The notes under the pieces: model-generated
Seen by the model: the letters and a program-made list of their open reading frames with translations, nothing else
Told to the model about the DNA's origin: nothing
Database searches by the model: none
Assembly (NCBI GenBank): GCA_950097015.1
Contig: CATNEN010000019.1
Span: forward strand, 1 to 64,000
DNA from: Macrostomum hystrix
Lineage: Eukaryota; Animalia; Platyhelminthes
Direction: 5' to 3'
DNA length: 64,000 nt
Program-made: the position numbers and the translations under genes
Shown here: positions 1-11,800 of the stretch, piece by piece
Layout of the letters: each line of letters begins with the position of its first letter
Position numbering within the stretch: the stretch's first letter is position 1

Positions 1-531
1 GGCGTCAGTGCAGTCGACCTGTGGCGATACGGGGCTGCCCGAGGGCCACTCGAATCTCGACCTGCTGGCTGTGGTGGGTGGTGGGCGGAGAGACTCAGTC
101 AGCAGGCGCACAAAATACTCTAAAAAGTATCCTGACTCACTGTTGCAGGCTGCCTGAGTCCACACACGCAGGTATCCGAAAGATCTCTTGAGCATCGCGC
201 TGAGCAGCAGGATCTTCTTCTGCTCCGTGGTCGGCATGGCCAGCTTGGCAAGGTTGGGTGTTGCCGTGGCCTGGCCGCACAATGTCGCGCTGGCCGAGTA
301 GTTGAAGCTGCCTCTGGTTACCAAATCCTGTGTGTACACGCAGAGTCCGAGGTCGGGCAGATAATCGGAGTTCCAGCCATTGCTCGGCAAGGTGCAGAGA
401 CCGCTGCTGTCGCCATGGCAACCCACAGGCAGAAGCGCCAGCAGGACTAGCAGAAACAGCTGGATAGAGCCTGCATCAGGGCGGATTGGGGCACGAGCTT
501 TTGCTGTGATTTGTGACATTGTCCTGAACAT
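1..531 (-). CDS. Secreted C-type-lectin-like protein, 3' end truncated by window (exons 531-141 and 68-1)
   Basis: Frame absent from the ORF track because it runs off the window. ATG at 531 with an in-frame TGA two codons upstream. MFRTMSQITAKARAPIRPDAGSIQLFLLVLLALLPVGCHG has a signal-peptide-like hydrophobic stretch. It is followed by C..GW..CVY..SATLC..LAKLA..VW and, after a 72-nt GT-AG intron (140-69, phase 1), RFEWPSGSPV, matching the CTLD pattern C-x-W / C-Y / A-x3-C / LA / W / F-x-W-x-G. An upstream acceptor (ttttcctgatccag) at 598-597 implies a 5'UTR intron. Confidence 0.55.
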   Translation of the reverse strand, partial: MFRTMSQITAKARAPIRPDAGSIQLFLLVLLALLPVGCHGDSSGLCTLPSNGWNSDYLPDLGLCVYTQDLVTRGSFNYSASATLCGQATATPNLAKLAMPTTEQKKILLLSAMLKRSFGYLRVWTQAACNSESGYFLEYFVRLLTESLRPPPTTASRSRFEWPSGSPVSPQVDCTDA

Positions 532-626
532 TGCTCATGAATTCCTCAGCAGAGACGATGAATCGGTAAAGACTTTCTGAATTACCCTGGATCAGGAAAA
601 TCCAAGCTTCGTCAGTCAGCGGATGA

Positions 627-2209
627 CATGAGCAGGCAGTGGTGACAGACTTACATGAGCAGGCAGTGCTCACAGACTTACATGAGCAGGCAGTGGTGAC
701 AGACTTACATGAGCAGGTAGTGGTCACAGACTTACATGAGCAGGCAGTGGTCACAGACTTACATGAGCAGGCAGTGGTCAAAGACTTACATGAGCAGGCA
801 GTGGTCACAGACTTACATGAGCAGGCAGTGGTCAAAGACTTACATGAGCAGGCAGTGGTGACAGACTTACATGAGCAGGCAGTGGTCACAGACTTACATG
901 AGCAGGCAGTGGTCACAGACTTACATGAGCAGGCAGTGGTCACAGACTTACATGAGCAGGAAGTGGTGACAGACTTACATGAGCAGGCAGTGGTGACAGA
1001 CTTACATGAGCAGGCAGTGGTCACAGACTTACATGAGCAGGCAGTGGTCACAGACTTACATGAGCAGGCAGTGGTCACAGACTTACATGAGCAGGAAGTG
1101 GTCACAGACTTACATGAGCAGGAAGTGGTCACAGACTTACATGAGCAGGAAGTGGTCACAGACTTACATGAGCAGGAAGTGGTCACAGACTTACATGAGC
1201 AGGTAGTGGTCACAGACTTACATGAGCAGGTAGTGCTGACAGACTTACATGAGCAGGCAGTGGTCACAGACTTACATGAGCAGGAAGTGGTCACAGACTT
1301 ACATGAGCAGGAAGTGGTGACAGACTTACATGAGCAGGCAGTGGTGACAGACTTACATGAGCAGGCAGTGGTCACAGACTTACATGAGCAGGCAGTGGTC
1401 ACAGACTTACATGAGCAGGAAGTGGTCACAGACTTACATGAGCAGGAAGTGGTCACAGACTTACATGAGCAGGAAGTGGTCACAGACTTACATGAGCAGG
1501 AAGTGGTCACAGACTTACATGAGCAGGAAGTGGTCACAGACTTACATGAGCAGGTAGTGGTCACAGACTTACATGAGCAGGTAGTGCTGACAGACTTACA
1601 TGAGCAGGCAGTGGTCACAGACTTACATGAGCAGTCAGTGCTGACAGACTTACATGAGCAGGCAGTGGTCACAGACTTACATGAGCAGTCAGTGCTGACA
1701 GACTTACATGAGCAGGCAGTGGTGACAGACTTACATGAGCAGGCAGTGGTGACAGACTTACATGAGCAGTCAGTGCTCACAGACTTACATGAGCAGGCAG
1801 TGGTGACAGACTTACATGAGCAGGTAGTGGTCACAGACTTACATGAGCAGGCAGTGGTCACAGACTTACATGAGCAGGCAGTGGTGACAGACTTACATGA
1901 GCAGGCAGTGGTCACAGACTTACATGAGCAGTCAGTGCTCACAGACTTACATGAGCAGGCAGTGGTCACAGACTTACATGAGCAGGCAGTGGTGACAGAC
2001 TTACATAAGCAGGCAGTGCTCACAGACTTACATGAGCAGGCAGTGGTGACAGACTTACATGAGCAGGCAGTGCTCACAGACTTACATGAGCAGGCAGTGG
2101 TGACAGACTTACATGAGCAGGCAGTGGTCACAGACTTACATGAGCAGTCAGTGCTCACAGACTTACATGAGCAGGCAGTGGTCACAGACTTACATGAGCA
2201 GGCAGTGGT
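627..2209. repeat. 27-bp minisatellite, ~58 copies (gagcaggcagtggtcacagacttacat)
   Basis: Direct tandem periodicity; yields 9-aa periodic ORFs on both strands (VTDLHEQAV / TTACSCKSV). Confidence 0.97.
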
Positions 2210-2355
2210 TTGCAATGTCTTTTCCATATCTGTTCTGTTGGATGTTATGACACTGGCTGAGCAGTCCTCAGATGATCCTGTTGTCCAGTTAGGCCCTGCT
2301 CAGCAGCCTGGCCGCTGCAGGGGGTTAAGTCGAGGCTTCAGTGTTTTGTCGCAGT

Positions 2356-2369
2356 GTTGCTATGGCAAC
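2356..2369. promoter_or_regulatory. RFX X-box motif GTTGCTATGGCAAC
   Basis: Near-palindromic match to the canonical X-box; lies between the lectin gene (minus) and the 510-aa ORF (plus). Target gene unknown. Confidence 0.45.
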
Positions 2370-3322
2370 CCCAATTTCCTAGCTGGGCAAGAGGTGCTGG
2401 CTTAGAGCTGGGCCACGGTTAGTCTTAGCCAGGGGGGGATACGACAGATGAGGAGGCTCAAAGTGGGAGGCTTTGATGATGGGATAATAAAATTGGGAGT
2501 CCGAGTGCCCAGCGCTTATCCAGTCTGTTGCTCCGCGGCTCTGCCTAACAGCAGGGCCCGCAGCAGCTCCCCAATGCACGGGGGAACTTGTCATTGCGGG
2601 ATAACTGCCTGACTACTAGGAAAGTATCGATTTTTTCGGTAGTGCAGACCCTCCTAGGGCTGAAGTGGTCAGGCACAATGGCCAGTGTACAGTGGACAAA
2701 TGCTCGCTTCTAATTTTAATGCATAAAAACTTTAGTAGCAAATGCAGGCAGTATCATTGCTACTGAGAGATGCTTTGCTAGAGAAGATTTGCAGGAGAAG
2801 CTATGTGTGCTGTCCAATGATTATCTTAGCTTTTATTTAACTAAATAAACATGATTATTGTCTTTATAATGCGTCATTCACTATGAAAGTTAAAAATGCA
2901 TGCCGAAATTCTAGGAAGTAAGGCCATGAATACAGATAGTTTTCATCTGTCCAAAAGTGCATAGAATATGAACTACACTTGTTTTCTTAAAATTTGCATT
3001 GCCAAGTACACGCTGATGACTCATAACTGGCCCCGCAATGTCCAGTGGGCAGGATATTCTCTCCGTCCTCTCTACCCCTCTGCGTCCTCTGAGGCCGCAT
3101 TGAAGCCTCAAGTTTCTTGCCACTTCTACCCCCAGCCTCGAATGTGATTGGCTGGCCAGTTTGCCCGCCACCCGAGCTCTCCAACAGCTGCATAGAAAAA
3201 CTGCCAACTATTGGTAAATGGAGACTTGAACGGCAGTTGGCTCGCTACTCCAGCTAATATTCGCTGCACAAGCTTCACCAGACGCAACGGCAGCAGCTCT
3301 ATTTGAAAGGCCACGGAAAGCT

Positions 3323-4855
3323 ATGAAGGACAGTCGGCCGAGGAGGCACCCGTTGATGGCCCTCAGAGAGCGACTTAAGGGCGGCGGTCCGTTAGGCGCC
3401 GGGCCTGCGGCGAAGCGCAGTGCAGCATCTGCCGCCGCAGCCACTCTGTCCTCGATGACTAGAGCGAAGGAGGCACCGCTGTACTACCTGCCACCTCTCA
3501 GGGGAGCAGGGCACCACAGAGCCGGCCCCCAGCTGCTCAGCGACCAGCTCTATGAGACTGTTCACCCGTTGCTGTTCAACTCGGCCTCGCCCTCCATCAG
3601 CGGCATTGCCGGCAGTGGAGGCGACGGCGACTCGCTGATGCTCGGCGGTGGCGCCGCAGTTGCTAGACTGGGCGGAGGCGGCTCAGGAATCTCTTCCGCA
3701 GCCACGTCGTCAGTGTCAACACGGCCAGACAGCGACGCCTCGGCTGGAGGACGTCGGCCGAACTGCGACTGCGACTTCTGCCAGCGGGTGGCAGCAGCAG
3801 ACTTCTCACCAGACATCACAGCGGCGGCGGCGGCCTTGGCGGCAGCGGCGGCGGCGACAGCTGGATCCGACGTTACCAGGTCCGAGACAATCGACTGGTA
3901 CAATGTGTCCGCCGAGATCGAGGCCGCTGCTGCTGCCGCCTCGGCTGCTTCAAAGTCAGCCGCCGTGACTCAGCTGCGTGATCGAGCAACCGCGACAGTT
4001 GGAGACAGCACGCGGGAGTTCTTCGGCGATGAAGTTCGCCTGACACTCCAGAGTTCCGCTGCCATGCCGTCAACAGTGGCCACCGCGGCCGCTGCCTCAT
4101 CGACGCCGCATCAGCGGGCTCAGCAGAGTCAGCTGCCTGGAGAGTCCGCGATGCCGCCTTACTCTCGGCAGCTGCTGGCCCGCCTGCTGGCCGAGCCATC
4201 ACCGAGCACCACTACCAACACGGAGGGTGGTCAGGATGGCGACTTTCGGCATTCGCCAACGTCGTCCTCACCATCTGTTGGCAGCTTCATCGTGGGATCG
4301 CCGCTGCTGCACAACAGCCGCTGCAGCCCTGCAGCGAGCGGCGGCCTCACTGGCGGCGCACCCGTCAATCCCGATCTCGCCGGCCTCGACTTCAGCGGCG
4401 CTGCCAGCAGCTGCCGGCTGATTGGCTCAGTCGCTACCCCGACTTCAACTTCATCGCTGCTGTCTGCGACTCCTCCGCCTCCGCCACCACGGTCGATGCC
4501 ATCAATTCGGCATCAGAGGCCGCGTCCTCGCCTTCCTCACTGGAGCAACCTGCGAGTCTCGGGGCTCGCCCAGTCGCCATCCTCGACCTCGTCCTACAAG
4601 TCTTCCCTGATACCGTCCAGCACCGAGTCCTCCTTGAGTGGCTACAGGCCCGGCTCGATTGTGCTCACGCCACCGCCCGGGTTTGGCAGCCCGGCGCCCG
4701 ATGTCACCGTGGTTGCCGCGGTATCGTCTTCGGCTGAGGACGACACAGCCAGCCTGGAAGGCGCCGGCTTCGGCCGCGGTGCCTCAAGCCCTGCGGCTTC
4801 GCCGGTTCCGCAGGATGGCGCCGCAGCTGCGGCGGGCGAACGCATTTTCGAGTAA
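3323..4855 (+). CDS. Intronless 510-aa Ala/Ser/Pro-rich low-complexity protein of unknown function
   Basis: ATG-initiated 1.5-kb ORF coinciding with a GC-rich island flanked by AT-richer DNA. Islands of ordered-looking sequence (CDCDFCQR, TIDWYNVSAEIE, QLLARLL). No recognisable domain. Confidence 0.55.
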   Translation: MKDSRPRRHPLMALRERLKGGGPLGAGPAAKRSAASAAAATLSSMTRAKEAPLYYLPPLRGAGHHRAGPQLLSDQLYETVHPLLFNSASPSISGIAGSGGDGDSLMLGGGAAVARLGGGGSGISSAATSSVSTRPDSDASAGGRRPNCDCDFCQRVAAADFSPDITAAAAALAAAAAATAGSDVTRSETIDWYNVSAEIEAAAAAASAASKSAAVTQLRDRATATVGDSTREFFGDEVRLTLQSSAAMPSTVATAAAASSTPHQRAQQSQLPGESAMPPYSRQLLARLLAEPSPSTTTNTEGGQDGDFRHSPTSSSPSVGSFIVGSPLLHNSRCSPAASGGLTGGAPVNPDLAGLDFSGAASSCRLIGSVATPTSTSSLLSATPPPPPPRSMPSIRHQRPRPRLPHWSNLRVSGLAQSPSSTSSYKSSLIPSSTESSLSGYRPGSIVLTPPPGFGSPAPDVTVVAAVSSSAEDDTASLEGAGFGRGASSPAASPVPQDGAAAAAGERIFE

Positions 4856-6493
4856 GCTGCGCTGGCACTGACTCGGCGCAGAATTGTTTTACTGAGGTCC
4901 CGCGCCCAGAGATTTGTTTTAATTAGTTAGCGTAATATTCTTAGTTTTTTCTCAGCTTTTCCTATTGAGACACTTCAAAGCAGGCTTTTATTGCGAACTC
5001 AGCAGGTTTTAAGCTGATTCCCGTGACCCACCTGTACAGCCGCCCCGCCCCATTCGCTAATATAATACGTGTGTAATATCGGTGACAGTCTGCCTGCGGA
5101 TTGCAGGACACCATTCTGCTCCTCTCCCAGCTTGAAGTCCCTTGTTCAAACTCTCAGTTGTTTTAGACCCGTTTTGCTTGCTTCCTCGCTTTTTGTCTTG
5201 AAACACTTTTTATCGATCGATTGGACCAAGTGCTTCTCAGCTCACGAGAGCGCTTATTTTAGTCTTTGTAGTATTTGCTCATCAGTTGGCAGTCTTTGTT
5301 CCTGTGGCTGCGTTATTGATAATCTTCATAATAGAAAACTGAAAATTGCGCGAGTCCGAGACAATGGGTCTGAGTTATCAACTAATTCCGCCAGGTTTGG
5401 CACGCTTTTCATGTTGCAGGAAAATTTTATCCACTTTTTGCAGCTTAAATTTTGCAGCGCAACTTTGGTTCTCAGAATATCGAATATGAAAACGCATTTT
5501 ATATTTGTACAATATTTTCCAGACTTCATTTGTCATTTGAGAGGATGCACAAGCAAAGAGTGGGCTAAAGTTAAGTCGATATACAAGAAATCAGTTTTTT
5601 TCTAATTAAATTATCACTTCGACATGTGAATTAGCCCAAAAATGTATTGCATTTATTCTCTTACCGTTAAATTCTACTATCAGTAGCGAGTCACGAAGTT
5701 CGAAATATAAGTCAAAAATTAGCTTTGACTGATGGCTTACACAGGCACGAGACTCGCATTGGTTGGCCCTTTCCGCCCTGTGACGGCTGACACTATCGGC
5801 ACTCCAACAGCTCATTCTGTTACACACAGACGCTCAGAAGGGCAGGGAGACAGTGGGTGAGTCGGTCTTGAAGAGCCTTGCTGCTGAGCGTGCCGTATAG
5901 CAGCGGCAGGCAGCGGGCCCTATTATCATAGAGCCCGCAATGTCTCTGTGCATTGTTGTCAGTTTTCCGCACCGCCGACCCCCCTTGCCCCTTCATCTCC
6001 TCACAGCCAGCAGCGGAGTCTGTCTGCTTTGAATGGCCATTTTCTGTATTCGTGCTTCACCGCTGCCAAAATGCTGGACTGCTGGACGGAGAGCCCATGT
6101 GGGGGGAGCGGCTACCCGTTGCAGTTTTTTTGGTCAGGGCAGGGGTTGGAGACACAACGCTACTCAAGTTGTCAGGGTAACATTCACGAAGAGATGAAGG
6201 GCAGGTGAGGGGAGGCTGCAGCTGCGCTCAGAATTTGTTGCCAATGCGAGAGCATTGTTTTCTGTCCCCAGCCTGTCCTCCGCTCCTCTGCCCCGCTCTT
6301 CTTTATTTTCTTCTTCTGCTGTGTTTTGTGGATTCTTTGCAATCCTATTTTCTGACCACCCGCCCGCGCCTCCCAATTTCCTCATCCCAACAGCCAATTC
6401 CCAGCAAGCCAGGGAGTTTCTGGTGCAGGCCATAAGCAGAGGACTCAGGTGCTCACTCTTCAGGTTTCTTCAAAACAGAGATCCACTGCAGCA

Positions 6494-6979
6494 ATGGCGG
6501 CGGCTACTAACCCTTCTGACGAGCCTGAGGTGAGCGAGGAGGAGCTGACGCGGTGGAACGACGTGTTCTCCCTGTTCGACAAGTACGGCGACGGCAACAT
6601 CGACAATGACACTCTGGGCGCCGTAATGCGCGCGCTTGGCCGATTGCCCACGGAGGCAGAGCTGCAGAAGCTCATCGCAGAAGTCGACACGGACGGCAAC
6701 GGGACCATGGACTTTGACGAGTTCTACCAGGTCATGTTGCGGTTTCCTAAGCTGCAGGGCTCCGTGGAGGAGCTCTCAGACGCCATCAAGGTGCTGGACC
6801 ACAATTGCGATGGCTACATAAACATGCAGGAGCTGCGGCACCTGCTCACCACCAAGGGCGAGCCGCTGACTGATGAGGAGTTGGACGCTCTGCTCAACAC
6901 CTTTCCTGCCGACGGCGATGGACGCGTCTCCTACCGGCTCATTGCTGAGAGCATCTGCGACTTGGGCGAGGAGTTGTGA
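6494..6979 (+). CDS. Calmodulin-like four-EF-hand protein (161 aa, intronless CDS)
   Basis: ATG at 6494 (the track's 6449 start is non-ATG). Calmodulin-like spacing: FSLFDKYGDGNI, LGAVMRALG..PTEAELQKLIAEVDTDGNGTMDFDEF, LDHNCDGYINMQELRHLLT..GEPLTDEE. Confidence 0.9.
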   Translation: MAAATNPSDEPEVSEEELTRWNDVFSLFDKYGDGNIDNDTLGAVMRALGRLPTEAELQKLIAEVDTDGNGTMDFDEFYQVMLRFPKLQGSVEELSDAIKVLDHNCDGYINMQELRHLLTTKGEPLTDEELDALLNTFPADGDGRVSYRLIAESICDLGEEL

Positions 6980-7274
6980 GCTGCAGAGGGTTTTGGACGC
7001 ACATGTACTTTTATCTGTATCGGGAGTCTTATTCAGAATTTGTGCTGCCTCCGCACTGAGATCAAGACATAATTTATTTTGATGTTTGTATCTTGGTTTT
7101 ATAACTTCACTGGTGTCGAAATTTAGCTCCCGAAGTTCGAAGTTTTGAATATTACATGCAGATGACAATCAAAGCCGTCAGCAAAAACCTGCTTTGGTGC
7201 TGATTCACCTGCAAACACTGAGGCAAAGGAAAATAAATAGACTGGCTCGAATTGGACGAAATTCTGGGGCGTGA

Positions 7275-7373
7275 GAAACGATTTGTATCTCATGGAATCA
7301 TACACTTGCACATGGAATTCGGGTGAAACGATTTGTATCTCATGGAATCATACACTTGCACATGGAATTCGGG
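7275..7373. repeat. Two-copy 50-bp tandem duplication
   Basis: gaaacgatttgtatctcatggaatcatacacttgcacatggaattcggg occurs at 7275 and 7325. Confidence 0.9.
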
Positions 7374-10208
7374 CATCATTTTCGCAAGAGATCTAAGGAT
7401 CCTGTAAAGAATACTTTTTCTGCCAGCAGTTTGCGTTGCCAAAAACTTTGCAGTGCCCAACTGCTTTGTATTCTGCATCGAATAGTACTTGTATTATTTA
7501 ATTTTGTTCCCAGTTTCTACAACAAGGGTTCCGTGAGAGATCGAGCAGTGGCCTTAAAAAAGATCAGCAGTTCAATATTATAATTACGGTCTATAATATT
7601 GATGTATATGTAATGCACCTATGCGACATGAATGAATTACAATTTTATTGTTTTCAATAGCTCTAGATAAAGAATGTCAAAATATGTCGAAATAATGTAA
7701 GATTCAGCTCGTAACTAAGACTTTTTAACATGCTATAGACTGCCCTGCTGCAGTGGCTCATGCTGCTACAACAGCACGTTGTACATACACGATAAATACA
7801 ACATTATTTCTTATAAACTTCTAGCTTCTTAAAAAATTTAAATTTGCGTGGCTAATACTTTAATTAATAAGTTTCACTCTATCAAGATCCAATAATCTAG
7901 ATCATATATGCAAGGCGCTTGTAGCACAGTCGAACTTTTGAATTGGAATTTCGGGAGTAGGAGGTCCAGTTTTGGAATCTCGATCAGCCCAAAGGGAAGC
8001 ACTTTTTACTTGATCCAACACTAATTGAGATCCCTAAGTGCTTCAGTTCACGGAACTTTGAACTTTGTACTATCAGCTCCTGGAATATAAATTTGAATGT
8101 GCGTGGCAGCCTCCCCAGTCTTAAATAGCGTTCGGTAGCGCCACGCAACAGCTGCCTGCGGCTGTACCACTGGCTGTAACCCAGCTAGGTGCACTTTCTC
8201 TAAACTTAATTTACTAAATAAATTTGTATATTTTAGTGTTCGTGAAAACGAATATGAATTTTATGAAATGTTGCAAAATTTGTGGGTCTGTTGTTAAATG
8301 AAAGCTTAGCTGATCGTGCTTTGAAAATTTTCTCTCGATATTTCACAGAAGACCACTTTGTGAAATGTAGGTCTAGGTCTAGGTCTCATGCACCGACACC
8401 AAGCTGTGATGGTTGGATTACAAATCAGATGCATGGAGAGATAAACTATTAAACGAAGCAGGGCATTCCTTACGTTCCGACCATTTTATTTGTCTCGAAT
8501 TTATACGTTTCACATTTCCGATTGTTTCCGAGACAATTGTGCTTTTTGTGTTCTATATTGTCTTTTTTTACATAAGAAAGTTTGAGCTACGTGACGTTCG
8601 GGCTTTTTAAGATATAACAAACGTGACAAAAGTCTACCTTATCAGCAAATATTTAAACATTATCTTGTGCATGAAATGCAGTTTACTGTTACTATAATTA
8701 AAGAATAGAGCAGTGAGAGCCAATAAACTGTACGACTACTTTATTGCGACAAGTAAAAAATATTATTTACGAAAATTGTAAAAAAAATTATACGACTTAT
8801 TTTCAGTATTTACTAGGTAGTAGTTATAACTTTCAATAAATTGTTCGCGACTTTTGTCAATCATATTCTTTTTCATGTATGAACCATGCCGATTGGACAA
8901 AGATGTAAATAGGCAAAATATGTAGTAGAGAACAAAAAATATACTCGAGTATTGTAAAGCTAGTCTACTTAAATATTCTATTATAAGAACTTATAGTTAG
9001 TCTATAAATGTCGTTAATCTATGATTGTGGGAAGTTTAGTACATAATTTGTGTAAATCATTAGGCTCCTTGTTATTTTAAAGAGATTTATTTTGTTCCTA
9101 TACAGAATGCATGTGACAACAGCATAACTAAATAACAAAGACAACCTTGTTTTTCTTATTATTACTTAGCTATCATTTGTATAGTAGGCCTAGGGCCTAG
9201 CTTAATTTGGGATACTGATACTTGAATATTTTTTGTTAATAGCCAACCTAGCTACTGCTAAAATAGCAGCATTGCACAGACAATTTGGTTATAGAGAAGG
9301 GAAGCAATTGTTAATTGATAGCCTAGCTATTCTCCGGACCCTTAAACATGCATACATATAGCTGCTCAGTACCTGGACACCTGCATGGACTTATAGCAAT
9401 ATTATATGCATTTTTCCTTTAATTTTTTCATTGTTCACACATAGCCCTAATGCCATAGTAATGAAGGTGATAGTTAGGTCAGAAAATTTAATTTAATTTA
9501 AGGTAAAAATATAATAAAAAAATAAAATGTAATAAAAATAAAAAATCAAATAAGGTAAATATAATTTTTTTATTTTTAATGCACTGTTTTTTTCATCGAA
9601 ATAATAATTCTGTTTTCCTTGATTAATTATTTGAAACTGCAAAATATTGCCATAAATTTAATATTAAGGTAAATACAATTTATTATATGATAAATTTATT
9701 GCCAATCTTTACTATTACTCTTTATTAGTAATTCACCATTTTTTGAAGAAAGCTTTTTTGTCTGTTAGTTATTTTCAATTAATTTAGGTAAACTTTTTTG
9801 TGGTCAAATTTATTTTCCCACACACTGCTACATTCCTGACTAGGCCAACGGCTAATGTAATGATTATCTTAATCATTCAAAATTATAAAGGCTACAATTA
9901 CAGTTGGCCTAAAGTCAAATACTACCCTAATGGAGAATATATGCTGTAATTTCTTTCCCAAGCATTATGGTGCTAGGCTTCTTGTCAGGTTTGAGTTTTG
10001 AACTGTCCAGAATTTACTATAGAAGAAAGTTATAGGAAAGGCATTCAGACATTAGGGTCTGTGGTAACTAGCTTATAGGCAAGATGCATATAGTATAGAC
10101 ACTCATTGTCTTCTAAATATAATTGCTAACTTTGTCTTATGAGTGAGTAGCCACCTGTCAGGAAATAATAGCAGGGTATGAACTGAGAGCAACTTGAATC
10201 CCATTGGG

Positions 10209-10755
10209 TGTAAGGTAGTAAAGATAGAAAGAATTGAAACAAAAATAATAAAGCCAGAGTCAAGAGTCTTACAAGGAGGATTGAAACCATGCTGCTCCTT
10301 TGCTAGTTCGCTGGTTTGTATTCTTTTTACTTTGTAGTGGTTGTTCTCTGAGTAGCTAACTCAATAGGATTGGTTCTTGGTGTATCACAAGCTTCACATC
10401 ACCCTATATATATATATATACAAGATTAAGAAAGGTGAGTGCTAACGCAAGGTGATGGTTTAGCAATATAAATGTAGGGCTGACCAATCAGGCACCAACC
10501 TGGCTATGCAGAACCAGTTTGTGTTGGCCATCAGAGTGGGGGTAGGGTTAGGTCTAAGGCCTCATAGGGCTGAGGCTAGGTGGGGCATGGCTACACAGCT
10601 CCAGCATTGCAAGGGCAATTGCAAGGGGGCAGCCATCAGAGTGCTTTAGATTAGCAAGTACAGGCCAGGTGGGAGAAGTGGATTGGAAGGTGGAGCTAAG
10701 GTAGAACTGAGATAGGATGAGGCAAAGGCAAAACAAGGCAAGGGTACAGGTCACA
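10209..10755 (-). mobile_element. Possible solo-LTR-like insert
   Basis: GC-richer block within AT-rich DNA, with TGT...ACA termini (tgtaagg / ggtcaca) and an internal (TA)n at 10405-10420. No target-site duplication found. Confidence 0.25.
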
Positions 10756-11800
10756 ACATATTGCTATTAAGTAATACAATTTTTCATTTAATTTAATTTG
10801 TTTAAATTTACAATTTATTACCAAAAAGGAAAAACATATATGTTTCTGCACAGTTATTAACTGTTATAAATTTTTTTCTATGCTAGCATAATTAAAGTTA
10901 TTTCTGATAGGCAGAAAACATACAGTTGGAGTATATTATTATAACACATGCCCAGCATTATTTCCTATATTAAAATACACACACTTTTAATTAGTAAACA
11001 AAGCCCAGTATAAGCAATGTCAATTGAGAATGTGCTATACACATTCTACTTTTTATGTTTTAAAATCAGATAAAACTTTATGTTATCAATATTTTGCATT
11101 AGGCATAACAGATTTTCTATTAGGCCCTTTTGATCATTCAATATAGTCTTAAAATTGTAAAAGTATTATATTGAAAGCCAACACATTTTTTCTAATATTT
11201 ATGTTTGCTTTATTGAGAAGGGTATATCGAAAAGTCACGAAAAATGCATGAAAAAGTTAATTTTTCATTATTATGATAAGCTTTAATAAGATAACATTTT
11301 TTAATCTAATGGATGAGTATGCCCACACTGCTCTGCATAGCTGTTTAGATGTCTTCTCTGATACATTAATTATTTTATGAGTGGTCTAAATGTCAACATA
11401 TATTTCTAAAGTAAAAAATATTTTTATACATTCAGAATATTGTATTAGAATCATACAAACTATATTGTTAATTTTTGTTTTGGTTGTTTATTAAGTCACT
11501 TTAATAAGTTTCATTTCTATGCATGATGTAGATCTGAATTTATGTACACCTCTTTTGTAATATTGAGTACACAAGTATCGAGTGTACTCATGGGACTACT
11601 CACATCACTATCTTGACTATGGCATAAGACTTGAAACTTTACATATGTGAAAACTGCTTCTAGGACAATTAAAATATTTTTAGCAATTTATATTTCTATG
11701 AGGATGATTGATTAGCACATTTAGCATGAGAATATAATGAAAGTTACATTCTGCAATAGCCACACTGAGTGCACACCTGTTTGTAAAATAATGATATATT

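Noticed and set aside
5069-5605. 178-aa ORF in AT-rich DNA
   Set aside because: Non-ATG start, atypical composition versus the real exons here, and no motif.
5948-6208. Upstream coding exon extending the calmodulin-like protein
   Set aside because: The donor at 6205 is phase 2 in the long frame, while the best acceptors (6463, 6478) are phase 0. More likely 5'UTR.
10209-10273. 65-bp TGTAAG...CTTACA mini-element
   Set aside because: A 6-bp inverted repeat without TSD is within chance expectation.
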